Part shown: piece by piece, positions 9,661 through 18,886 of the stretch
Position numbering within the stretch: the stretch's first letter is position 1
How the letters are laid out: each line of letters opens with the position of its first letter
Origin: an uncultured Candidatus Saccharibacteria bacterium
GTDB taxonomy: Bacteria > Patescibacteriota > Saccharimonadia > Saccharimonadales > SZUA-47
Length of the DNA stretch: 64,000 nt
Direction: 5' to 3'
Assembly (NCBI GenBank): GCA_964536485.1
Contig: CAZHXX010000006.1
Location: 6,777 to 70,776 of the forward strand
Position numbers and translations under genes: made by a program
The notes under the pieces: generated by a model
What the model was told of the DNA's origin: nothing
Seen by the model: only the letters and a program-made list of their open reading frames with translations
The model's database searches: none

Positions 9661-10614
9661 TTAACCCAGCAAGCTCCAGGCATAGGCACGTAATGTTTCA
9701 CGCATTGCACCTTCACGGGCATGAGAACTCGGAACAAGGTGCAAATGGGCTGACGGCCCAATTTTTTCTGCAACATATTTTGCCGTCATTGGCGGGCAGA
9801 CAAAATCATAGCTTCCCTGCACGATAGTAGTTGGGATAGTTGCCAGCGTCGAAAGCGAGTTCTCAAAATATCCTTCCGGGATGAAGCAGCTATGCGTAAA
9901 ATAATGAAGCGATAAAATTGTCCCAGAAAGCTCGTCCAATGAAAGAGCTTGCGTGCTCTCAAGCTGGTTTGAGTAGAAGTCACTATCCATGCTTATGAGT
10001 GCGGGCTCTATTTTCATAAAAGATACAAGATGGCTTAATCTGTCTTCTTCCGTGCGTGAGCTATCAAGAATGACCGAGCTGTAGTATGCAAGGCAGTCTC
10101 CGCGCTTGTCCTCTGGCACTGGCGAAGCATAGTGTTCCCACGCTTCTACCGCAAAGTCTTTCATACCTCCGTTAAATAAGTAATCATTCTCTTCTTTTGT
10201 CCCAAGATAGGTACCTCCAAGCAGTAGTTTTGATACCGATGAAGGGTACTTAGTGGCATAATAAAGTGCCAGTGTTGATCCCCATGAGTAGCCAAAAAGG
10301 TGTGTGCGCGAGACGCCAAGATGTGCTTTTAGCTTATTAATATCTTCAACTAAATCATCAATCGTGTTGTGTGCCAGAAAATCCGTAGCAGTACTTAGCC
10401 CGCATCCTCTTTGGTCAAAGAATATGACATGGTGTTTTGTAGGATCAAAGATATTTTTGTGTTTATTTTTTGTGTGGCTTCCTGGCCCGCCATGAAGCGA
10501 TAAGATTGGTGTTGTGTCTTTATTTCCCCACTCTTGGTAGTAGATTTCATGGCCATCACCAACTGCGAGAAGGCCACTTTTTATGGTAAATTGATCGTCT
10601 TGCATGCTATGCAC
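9661..10614 (-). CDS. pip: proline iminopeptidase
   Basis: 'HGGPGS', 'FDQRGCGLS', 'GYSWGSTLAL' motifs typical of the prolyl aminopeptidase S33 family. Confidence 0.85.
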   Translation of the reverse strand: MHSMQDDQFTIKSGLLAVGDGHEIYYQEWGNKDTTPILSLHGGPGSHTKNKHKNIFDPTKHHVIFFDQRGCGLSTATDFLAHNTIDDLVEDINKLKAHLGVSRTHLFGYSWGSTLALYYATKYPSSVSKLLLGGTYLGTKEENDYLFNGGMKDFAVEAWEHYASPVPEDKRGDCLAYYSSVILDSSRTEEDRLSHLVSFMKIEPALISMDSDFYSNQLESTQALSLDELSGTILSLHYFTHSCFIPEGYFENSLSTLATIPTTIVQGSYDFVCPPMTAKYVAEKIGPSAHLHLVPSSHAREGAMRETLRAYAWSLLG

Positions 10615-10650
10615 TATAAACTACCACGTAAAAACGGTAAACTACCTATA

Positions 10651-11754
10651 ATGAAAATAGCTTACGTACTCGATGATACGCTTGATAAAACCGACGGTGT
10701 TCAGCAAGCAGTCTTAACGATCGCTCGGTATATGGCTAGCCTCGGCCATGACGTTCACTACATAGTTCCCGAAACTCACCGCACCGATCTGCCAAATGTG
10801 CACGTTATTTCACGCTACATCCAGATGAAGTTCAACGGCAACTCTGTCCGTACACCGTTGCCTGCCCCGCGGCGTACGATAAAAAAGCTACTTCTTCAGG
10901 AAAAATTTGACGTGCTTCATGTGCAAATGCCGTATAGTCCAGTACTCGCAGGTCGAGTGGTCCGCCTGGCACCGGCATCAACTGTAATTGTTGGAACTTT
11001 TCATATTCTTCCCTATAACGCTTTTGCTCGAATTGGGACGCGTCTCCTTGGCTTCTGGTTGCGCGAAAACCTAAAAAAATTTACTCGCTTTTATGCGGTA
11101 TCAGAACCGGCGCGAGTATTTATGGCGCAGACATGTGGCGTTGATGGAAAAGTGCTCGGCAACCCCCTGAATTATCAGTTTTTTCACTCGTTTGCTAGGA
11201 GCAAAGAGACACAGCCAGGCAAAAAGTCGACACTCGTCTACGTTGGTAGGTTTGACGTGCGCAAAGGGGTGCTTCAGCTCATAAAAGCCTATGAGGCTAT
11301 GGCTGAGCGCGAACAGTGCGAGCTGATAATGTGCGGTAAAGGTCCTCTGCTAGACGAAGCCGTCGCATATGCGCAAGAAAAAGCACTCTCAATTCAGTTT
11401 CCAGGCTTTGTGAGTGAAGAAGAAAAGGCAACCTACCTCGCCAATGCAGACATTGCTGTATTCCCTTCACTAAGTGGCGAGAGCTTTGGTATCGTCCTGA
11501 CGGAAGCGATGGCCTCAGGAGCAGGGATTACCCTTGGCGGGAACAATCCAGGCTATGCGAGCGTGTTGTCTCACTGGCCAGAAACCCTGTTAGACCCAAG
11601 CAACATAAAAGTTTTTGCGCAGAAGCTTGACTACTTTGTTCGCAATACAGCATCACGGCGAGAAATTGGTGATGCACAGCACACCTATGTAAAAGAATTT
11701 GACATCGCTGTGATAGCAAAGCACCTTCTAGAAGAGGGGTATGTTAAAAAATAG
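10651..11754 (+). CDS. GT4 family glycosyltransferase
   Basis: Track ORF trimmed to ATG 10651 ('MKIAYVLDDTLDKTDGVQQ...'); 'ESFGIVLTEAMASGA' EX7E region. Confidence 0.85.
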   Translation: MKIAYVLDDTLDKTDGVQQAVLTIARYMASLGHDVHYIVPETHRTDLPNVHVISRYIQMKFNGNSVRTPLPAPRRTIKKLLLQEKFDVLHVQMPYSPVLAGRVVRLAPASTVIVGTFHILPYNAFARIGTRLLGFWLRENLKKFTRFYAVSEPARVFMAQTCGVDGKVLGNPLNYQFFHSFARSKETQPGKKSTLVYVGRFDVRKGVLQLIKAYEAMAEREQCELIMCGKGPLLDEAVAYAQEKALSIQFPGFVSEEEKATYLANADIAVFPSLSGESFGIVLTEAMASGAGITLGGNNPGYASVLSHWPETLLDPSNIKVFAQKLDYFVRNTASRREIGDAQHTYVKEFDIAVIAKHLLEEGYVKK

Positions 11755-11801
11755 CTATAAGCAACTTGCGAAATCTTAGCTAAAAGTTCATACTAATAAC
11801 C

Positions 11802-12884
11802 ATGTTAGGGCGAACAAAAAAAACAGAAGTAGAGATTACTATTTCGAACCGCACAATCTTGCGGGTTATACTCATTATACTTGGGACCGTCATTGGGCTT
11901 CGTTTTATGGAGAGCATTGTGCACCCACTCACACTTATCTTTGTTTCATTCTTTTTGGCGCTTGCCATTAACCCCATCGTCACACGCCTATCTTCTATGC
12001 TAAAAAGCCGTAGTAGAGTTCGTGCTACCGCACTTGCCTACACTGCAGTGGTAAGCGTGTTAATCGCCTTTATTGTGCTCATAATTCCGCCACTCATAAA
12101 TCAGACAACAGAATTTATTAGAGAAGTACCAACAACGCTTTCAGAAGTAAAGACCAGTGACAGTAGCCTCGGGCGCTTTATACGCCGTTACAACCTAGAG
12201 GTGCAAGTCCAGAACTTTGCTAGTGATTGGACGCGCAATCTCGGTGATGTGCAGGGTCCAGTGCTTACCACTGCAAACCGTATATTTGCGAACGTTATCT
12301 CCATCATCACTGTTCTGGTGCTCACTTTTATGATGCTTATAGAAGGGCCAAGATGGATGAAGGAAATATGGAAACATGTACCTGCGCGACGGCGAGCGCA
12401 TGACCAAGATATTGCCCGCCAGATGTATAAAGTGGTGACAAGTTACGTCAACGGACAAGTACTGGTAGCTTCTATCGGTGCAGTGTTTGCCATGGTCGCT
12501 CTCATTATAGCCTCCACCATCGTTGGTGTTTCTATCAATGCAGTCGCGTTAGCCGGCATCATATTTATGTTCGCACTTATTCCAAGTATCGGTACTATTC
12601 TTGGTTCACTGCTTGTTGCGCTCTTTTGCCTGTTTGCGAGTCCGCTCCTAGCAGGTGTTATGATCGTATACTTTATTATCTACCAGCAGATAGAAAACGC
12701 TACTATTCAGCCAATGATACAGTCGAGAGGCAATGAATTGACGCCTATGCTTGTGTTCATCGCTGCAATTTTAGGTATTGGTCTTGGTGGTGTGCTGGGT
12801 GGATTTGTCGCCATCCCACTTGCTGGCTGTATCAAGATTTTGTTTGATGACTGGGTCGAAGAACGCGAAGTCCCTGCCAAATAG
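11802..12884 (+). CDS. AI-2E family transporter (PerM/UPF0118)
   Basis: 360-aa polytopic protein with the typical 'YVNGQ...' and C-terminal 'P..QP.I.....L.P..V' pattern. Confidence 0.75.
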   Translation: MLGRTKKTEVEITISNRTILRVILIILGTVIGLRFMESIVHPLTLIFVSFFLALAINPIVTRLSSMLKSRSRVRATALAYTAVVSVLIAFIVLIIPPLINQTTEFIREVPTTLSEVKTSDSSLGRFIRRYNLEVQVQNFASDWTRNLGDVQGPVLTTANRIFANVISIITVLVLTFMMLIEGPRWMKEIWKHVPARRRAHDQDIARQMYKVVTSYVNGQVLVASIGAVFAMVALIIASTIVGVSINAVALAGIIFMFALIPSIGTILGSLLVALFCLFASPLLAGVMIVYFIIYQQIENATIQPMIQSRGNELTPMLVFIAAILGIGLGGVLGGFVAIPLAGCIKILFDDWVEEREVPAK

Positions 12885-12888
12885 CTGG

Positions 12889-14289
12889 TTAGATTCTATA
12901 CCACACTTGCCCATGCTGAGCATCTCTTAACCCTATTCCCTGTTTTTCAAGCAGGTCACGTATTTCATCAGACGTTACCCAGTCCTTGTTTGAACGAGCC
13001 GAGCGACGGTTTTCTAGCAATTCCTTTTGTTCATCAGATATATCCTCTATCTCTGAAAGATGCAACCCAAGTAATGAATCTACCTCAGCTACAAACGTAC
13101 TAAACAGAGGAATTTCTTCTTGTGACATTCCGTTTTCAACGAGATCAAGGACCTCGTCAACATAAGAGACTGCCTCCGGAGTTGATAGGTTATTAGATAA
13201 ATAAGCCTTTAATTCTCTTGGGGCTTCTTGAAGAGCAGTTTTCAGAGTTGTGTCAATTGTTGCCGGTTGGTACTTTAGTGCAACGACGCTTTCCCACTTT
13301 TTTAGCCGATTCTGCGAAGCTTCAAGGTTTTCCCAGGTAAAATTGCCCTCTGTCGTGTAGTGCTTGCTCAAGACAAAAAGTTTATACGCATCAAGCTCAA
13401 AGCCTCTGTCTAAAATATCTTGTAAGGTATAGACATTACCGAGACTTTTGCTCATCTTACCACCGTCAACTTTAAGGTGGTTATTGTGCACCCATACTTG
13501 CGCAAATTGCTTGCCCGTGAGTGCTTCTGTTTGGGCAATCTCATTTGTATGATGCACTGGAATATGGTCAACTCCACCAGTATGAATATCTATCTGGTCG
13601 CCAAGATTTTCGCGCGCGATAACAGAACACTCTAGGTGCCAGCCAGGAAAACCAACGCCCCAGGGGCTCTGCCACTCCATATCCCGCTGCTGTCCTACGG
13701 GACTAAACTTCCACAGTGCAAAATCAGTAGGATTTTTCTTGCCTCCTATATCAACGCGCGCACCTGCTTGCAGGCCTTCTATATCAAGCCGCGCGAGCTT
13801 CCCGTAATCATTAAGCTTGCTTGTATCAAAATAGACACCCTCGCCTTCAATCGTGTACGTGTAGCCTTTCTTTTCTAACTCAACGACAAATGCAATCTGC
13901 TCTTCAATACATGATGTAGCACGCACAAGTTTCTCTGGCTTTGTCAGCCCGAGCAGCTCATAGGCTTCGTGCTGGGCAATAGCAATGTATTTTTCGGCAA
14001 CATCCCACGCAGTCACGCCTTCACGTCGGGCGCCCTTTTCCATTTTGTCTTCGCCAGCATCGTCGTCGCTTACCAAGTGGCCGACGTCGGTATAATTTTC
14101 TACGTGTGTGACAGTGTAGCCCTCTGCGCGCAAAGTCCGAACCAGCACATCCCAATAGATATATGGCACCCAGTTTCCGATATGAGGCTGGCCATATACC
14201 GTGAGACCACACGTGTAGAGCGTGACGTTATTTCTGTCTAAAGGCTTTAGCTCTTCAATACTACGTGACAGCGTATTGTAAAGTTTCAT
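12889..14289 (-). CDS. cysS: cysteine--tRNA ligase
   Basis: 'HIGN' (HIGH) and 'KMSKSLGN' class-I signatures; 'MKLYNTLSR' N-terminus. Confidence 0.95.
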   Translation of the reverse strand: MKLYNTLSRSIEELKPLDRNNVTLYTCGLTVYGQPHIGNWVPYIYWDVLVRTLRAEGYTVTHVENYTDVGHLVSDDDAGEDKMEKGARREGVTAWDVAEKYIAIAQHEAYELLGLTKPEKLVRATSCIEEQIAFVVELEKKGYTYTIEGEGVYFDTSKLNDYGKLARLDIEGLQAGARVDIGGKKNPTDFALWKFSPVGQQRDMEWQSPWGVGFPGWHLECSVIARENLGDQIDIHTGGVDHIPVHHTNEIAQTEALTGKQFAQVWVHNNHLKVDGGKMSKSLGNVYTLQDILDRGFELDAYKLFVLSKHYTTEGNFTWENLEASQNRLKKWESVVALKYQPATIDTTLKTALQEAPRELKAYLSNNLSTPEAVSYVDEVLDLVENGMSQEEIPLFSTFVAEVDSLLGLHLSEIEDISDEQKELLENRRSARSNKDWVTSDEIRDLLEKQGIGLRDAQHGQVWYRI

Positions 14290-15290
14290 GCTGTATTCTC
14301 CGCAAGAGCGTCGAGTAATTCTCGAGCTTTTTGGTCAACCTCTGCTCGAAGTTCGTCAATGTTTCTTGGCTTTAAGATTTTAAACCCAGAGGCATAAGGA
14401 TGTCCCCCGCCTCCAAAAGCTGTCGCAAGGTCTGAAGCAATCGCTCGCTCAAAATTGCAACGAATTTTCGCCGTTATCTTGCCGTCTTTGTATACTTTGT
14501 AGGCTATCGCTATATCAACGCCCACGACCAATCGCATATCATCCATCACAAGCATAGAGGGGTTATACAGTGCACTGTAGCGTTCAATCTCGTCCCAAGG
14601 AATCACGACGCTAGCGATGCGTCCACTCTCATCAAAACTGACTCGTTCTAGCAAACTGCCTTTGTAGCCAAGCAACTCAGGTTCTTTTCGCATTAGTTCA
14701 CGGCGTGCTTGCTCCAGTTTAGGGATGCTCACTCCTCGTTCAATAAGATCTGCCACAATCCGGAAACTCTCTGGTGTGCTTGCTTCTGTCGTAAGCCCAA
14801 GACTGTCGCTCATGATAGAGACGCACATCATTTCACAGGCATCAACAGGTAATGGCCACTCCAGCTCGCTCGCAATTCTATGAATAATCTCACTTGTAGC
14901 TACCGCTTCCTCTACGTAGCTAAGCGACGCATAAGATAGTCCAGCCGTCTCGGTGTGATGATCAATAACAACAAGTGGCTTTGTCTTAAGCCAAGCAAGC
15001 GTTCCGTTGCGCTCATAATATTCAAAGAGCGACTCCGTGCTGGAATCCACCACAATGCTCATATCGCTGTCTCGCGGAATGTCCTTGCCAACTCTATCCC
15101 ATCCACCGAGGTAATGAAGGTGTTGTGGCATATCAACCGCGCACACAAGACTGACTCGTTTGCCCATCTCATTTAAAATCGCTTCAAGAGCTAGAGAGCT
15201 TCCCAGGGAATCTCCGTCTGGATTGTCGGCCTGCACCACGGTAATATGTGAGGCGCTTTCAAGTAGTTTTTGGAGTTCTTCGTACTTCAT
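14286..15290 (-). CDS. DHH-family phosphoesterase (NrnA-like oligoribonuclease/pAp phosphatase)
   Basis: 'DNPDGDSLGS', 'IDHH', 'GGGHPYASG' DHH/DHHA1 motifs; ATGA overlap with cysS. Confidence 0.85.
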   Translation of the reverse strand: MKYEELQKLLESASHITVVQADNPDGDSLGSSLALEAILNEMGKRVSLVCAVDMPQHLHYLGGWDRVGKDIPRDSDMSIVVDSSTESLFEYYERNGTLAWLKTKPLVVIDHHTETAGLSYASLSYVEEAVATSEIIHRIASELEWPLPVDACEMMCVSIMSDSLGLTTEASTPESFRIVADLIERGVSIPKLEQARRELMRKEPELLGYKGSLLERVSFDESGRIASVVIPWDEIERYSALYNPSMLVMDDMRLVVGVDIAIAYKVYKDGKITAKIRCNFERAIASDLATAFGGGGHPYASGFKILKPRNIDELRAEVDQKARELLDALAENTA

Positions 15291-15314
15291 CTATGAGTGC
15301 CAGTATAACACTTC

Positions 15315-15920
15315 TCACAAACTTTGGCGCCCTTCAAGTGCACGCCCCAAAGTGATTTGGTCAGCGTATTCAAGGTCAACACCAATAGGAAGCCCGCGGG
15401 CAAGCCGTGTAATAGTAACTCCAGCGTTCTGGAGCTCTTTCTGTACATAGAGCGCTGTTGTTTCGCCTTCGACGCTGGCATTTGTCGCGAGTATTATCTC
15501 AGTAACAGCATCTTGCTTAATCCGCTTTTTCAGCTCGGGAATATGAAGTTGCTCAGGTCCAATGCCGTCAATTGGAGAAATAAGCCCCCCAAGGACATGG
15601 TAAGTTCCTCTGTAGAGGCTGGTTTTTTCGAGCGCCAAAATGTCAAACGCATCCGCCACAAGAGCGATGATGGTTTTATCACGTGCTGGGTCACTATAGA
15701 GTCGCGATACCTCCTCGTCGGCATTGATAAGCGCAAATGTCACCGGGCAATACGCAACGCCACTATGGACTGCATCAAGAGCCTGTGCTAGTTTTGCCGA
15801 TTTTGTCCGGTCACTTTTTAGCAAAAAATAGGCATAGCGTTCGGCACTACGTGGTCCAACGCCAGGAAGTTGTCCGAGTGCTTCAATAAGGTCTTGGAGT
15901 GCTTTTGGCAGGGTCGACAA
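15315..15920 (-). CDS. recR: recombination protein RecR (zinc-finger cysteines degenerate)
   Basis: 'LPGVGPRSAERYAYFLL' HhH, Toprim 'ILATNASVEGETTALY'; only 1 of the 4 usual Cys retained. Confidence 0.9.
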   Translation of the reverse strand: MSTLPKALQDLIEALGQLPGVGPRSAERYAYFLLKSDRTKSAKLAQALDAVHSGVAYCPVTFALINADEEVSRLYSDPARDKTIIALVADAFDILALEKTSLYRGTYHVLGGLISPIDGIGPEQLHIPELKKRIKQDAVTEIILATNASVEGETTALYVQKELQNAGVTITRLARGLPIGVDLEYADQITLGRALEGRQSL

Positions 15921-15935
15921 AGTAGTCTTTACTCC

Positions 15936-16229
15936 TTAAAGCCCAAGGTTACCGAGTGCGCCCATCATAGGTTGCATCTTTTCGGCAGCAAGTTTCTGGC
16001 TTTGCGAAATAGCAGCTTTCACCGCTTCTTCAACCCATCGCTCAAGTTGTCCAATGTCATCGGTGTCTACAGAATCAGCGTCGATGTGCACTGCTTTAAT
16101 TTTCATCTCACCGTTAATCTCAATTTTTACTGCACCGTCACCTGCTTCGACTTCAATAATCTCTTTTTGCAATTCTTTCTGTATTTTGCGCATCTTCATG
16201 ACCATTTTGGCTTGATCGAATCGACTCAT
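15936..16229 (-). CDS. ybaB: YbaB/EbfC nucleoid-associated protein
   Basis: 97 aa; 'KMRKIQKELQKE...VEAGDGAVKIEINGEMKI' typical; classic dnaX-ybaB-recR neighbourhood (here with dnaB and a membrane gene between). Confidence 0.9.
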   Translation of the reverse strand: MSRFDQAKMVMKMRKIQKELQKEIIEVEAGDGAVKIEINGEMKIKAVHIDADSVDTDDIGQLERWVEEAVKAAISQSQKLAAEKMQPMMGALGNLGL

Positions 16230-16267
16230 GAATGTAGTTCTCCTTAGTTTATCTTTATTGTAGCAGT

Positions 16268-17476
16268 CTAGGGTCGACTATCAAGTATTCGACTCTCGCT
16301 ATACACTGCACGAGTTTCTGGTGTTTGTGGCCACACAACAAAAAACCGCGTAAGCTGGTAGTAGCTACTAAAGAGGACAGTGGTAGTCAGGAGCACCACG
16401 CTAAAACTTCTTGCCACAGGATTGCGTGGAAAGATGCTTCCCCATTCATCAAGCAGATATTCAATTCCAGCAGCAATGACACTGCACGCAAAAGGGAGCA
16501 AAAACACTATCGCAGTGATTGGCGAGCCGAGAGCACCTAAGACGCATCCAACCAAGGCACTCCCTATCATGACCCGAGTGCGATCAAGCCGAAACTTCTG
16601 CCGGTAAGCATGAAGTCCTATGAGGAACAAGAATCCGCTTGCCAGATCAAACACCGGAAGTCGCGCAATGGTCAGGTGTGGCTCAACAGGCATGCGGTAG
16701 ATAAATGCAGATGGAACACGTAAAATGTTCCGCCCAATCGCCGAAACGTCGAGATTTGCTGGTAATAAGAGCCATTCTCGGAAGACGCTAAAGTCCAGCA
16801 CAAAACTTCGTATAAGGGGCAAAAGTGCTATGAGTGCTACGAGTAGTCCCGCCAGAACGGCTTGGCGTTTGACGTTTTTGAAAAATACTTTAATCCTGTT
16901 TCCGTACACCAATGCAAGGATACTGACAAACCACGGAGCTCCCGGCACATACAGCGTAAGCCCGAGACTCACAAACACAATAAAAGGGATGAATTTATTA
17001 GACTTACCGTGAAGTTGCCACAGCAGAATACTAGCAAAAATGTAAAAACTCATGAGAGAAATGAGCGGTGTTCCATAACGGCTGACTGCGAGCACCACTG
17101 AGTTTGTCGCAAAAATAAAAGTCGTCAGGAGCGATGCTTTAAAAGTGTGCCAGTGACGCAAGGCATAGAACATAGCCACGATAGTAGAAATATAAAACAC
17201 GAAGCTTACAACCCGGATCATACGGACATTTGGTGTCACACTTGTTGCCAAAAATGATGCGACTTTATACGGGGCATTTAGCGGGTTTTCTAGAATGTTT
17301 TTAATGCTTTGCATCTGTGATGCGTTCAAGCGTTCAGTCACAGAAGCTTCCGCGGGGAGCGACGTGACAAAGGTGAGCACTGTTAGCAGTAGAGCGCATA
17401 TGACGAGAATATAAATTGTTTCTCTTTGCCAGAGGCTACGCATGAGCCATTGAAGTTGTAACCCTATTTTTTTCAC
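16268..17476 (-). CDS. polytopic membrane protein (possible GT-C-fold glycosyltransferase, weak)
   Basis: 402 aa, >=10 hydrophobic segments; no catalytic motif recognised. Confidence 0.55.
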   Translation of the reverse strand: MKKIGLQLQWLMRSLWQRETIYILVICALLLTVLTFVTSLPAEASVTERLNASQMQSIKNILENPLNAPYKVASFLATSVTPNVRMIRVVSFVFYISTIVAMFYALRHWHTFKASLLTTFIFATNSVVLAVSRYGTPLISLMSFYIFASILLWQLHGKSNKFIPFIVFVSLGLTLYVPGAPWFVSILALVYGNRIKVFFKNVKRQAVLAGLLVALIALLPLIRSFVLDFSVFREWLLLPANLDVSAIGRNILRVPSAFIYRMPVEPHLTIARLPVFDLASGFLFLIGLHAYRQKFRLDRTRVMIGSALVGCVLGALGSPITAIVFLLPFACSVIAAGIEYLLDEWGSIFPRNPVARSFSVVLLTTTVLFSSYYQLTRFFVVWPQTPETRAVYSESRILDSRP

Positions 17477-17525
17477 TGGATTTTATTATAACAGACCAAC
17501 GTTTTTGGTGCGCGTAAGTCAGGCG

Positions 17526-18884
17526 CTACGAATCAAAATCTGGGGTTGAGTGTTTTGTATCGAGACTTTTAATCTTCTGTCGGTCACGGTCAAAGTATAG
17601 CTCTACTTTCCCGGTTGGCCCGTTACGATGCTTCCGTATCAATACGTCCATAATGTTTGGCCGGTCACTCTCTTGGTTATAGTAATCTTCACGATAAATA
17701 AAGGCCACAACGTCAGCATCCTGCTCAATAGATCCTGACTCACGCAGGTCTGAAAGCTGAGGTATCTGAGGTGAGCGCGATTCAACAGAACGGCTCAGCT
17801 GACTCAATGCCAAAATAGGCACGTTAAGCTCACGTGCAATACTCTTAAGACCACGAGAAATCTCCGAAATTTCCTGGACACGGTTGTCGGTACCGCCAAA
17901 CTTTGCGCCACCACTCATAAGCTGAAGGTAGTCAACCACAATCAGCCCTAGCTCATGTTTGTGCGCTTCTCGGCGAGCTTTGGTACGGAGCTCGCTTACC
18001 GTAATACCTGGCGTGTCATCAATATAAAATTTTGCCTCAGACAGCGTTCCCATCGCTTGGCCGATTTTTTCAAAGTCAGAGTCAGAAAGATTGCCGGTGC
18101 GCAAATTCCATGAATTCACTCCTGCTTCGCTGGCAAGCAGACGGTCAACCAACTGCTCCTTGCTCATTTCAAGGCTAAACATTAGGACAGACAAGCCAGA
18201 GCTTATCGCCACATTTTGCGCAAGGTTAAGTGACAGCGCTGTTTTTCCCATTGAAGGTCGTGCAGCCAAAATTAGTAAGTCACTGCGCTGAAACCCAGCC
18301 AGCAAGTTGTCGAGGTCTTTATAGCCTGTCGGTACGCCACGCAATGCACCTTTGTCTTTGTGCAACCCGTCAAGACGCTCAAAACTGTCCGCCAGGATAT
18401 CTTCCATACTAATAATGTCGTTTTTGACATGGCGTTGCGATACTTCAAACAGCTTTGTCTCTGCTTCTTCTACAAGTTCTGCAATCGTCCGCTTTTCGTC
18501 AAAACCAATCTGCGCAATCTCGTTACTCGCTGCAATAAGACGTCGTCGGATAGATTTGGTGGCCACAATACCCGCATACTGCTCTGCATGAGTTGCCGTA
18601 GGGACGGTGTTGGTCAGTTGGGTAAGGTACGCCGCACCACCCACTTCACGTAATACGCCCTCTGCTTTCAGCTCTTCACTGAGTGTAATGATATCTATCG
18701 GCGAGCCCTGCTCGTACAGGCGTGTACAAGCTTCATAGATATGACGGTGACGCTCATCATAAAAGTCTATTGGTCGGATAAGGTCCGCTACTTTCACGAT
18801 AGCGTCGGGATCAATCAAAATAGAGCCCAGGAGGCTCGCCTCAACATCGACTGACTGTGGTTGTTCTTTTTTGCCCTCGTCCAT
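17526..18884 (-). CDS. dnaB: replicative DNA helicase DnaB
   Basis: Walker A 'ARPSMGKTA', 'VVDYLQLM', 'ALSQLSR', 'IEQDADVV' motifs. Confidence 0.95.
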   Translation of the reverse strand: MDEGKKEQPQSVDVEASLLGSILIDPDAIVKVADLIRPIDFYDERHRHIYEACTRLYEQGSPIDIITLSEELKAEGVLREVGGAAYLTQLTNTVPTATHAEQYAGIVATKSIRRRLIAASNEIAQIGFDEKRTIAELVEEAETKLFEVSQRHVKNDIISMEDILADSFERLDGLHKDKGALRGVPTGYKDLDNLLAGFQRSDLLILAARPSMGKTALSLNLAQNVAISSGLSVLMFSLEMSKEQLVDRLLASEAGVNSWNLRTGNLSDSDFEKIGQAMGTLSEAKFYIDDTPGITVSELRTKARREAHKHELGLIVVDYLQLMSGGAKFGGTDNRVQEISEISRGLKSIARELNVPILALSQLSRSVESRSPQIPQLSDLRESGSIEQDADVVAFIYREDYYNQESDRPNIMDVLIRKHRNGPTGKVELYFDRDRQKIKSLDTKHSTPDFDS

Positions 18885-18886
18885 AG

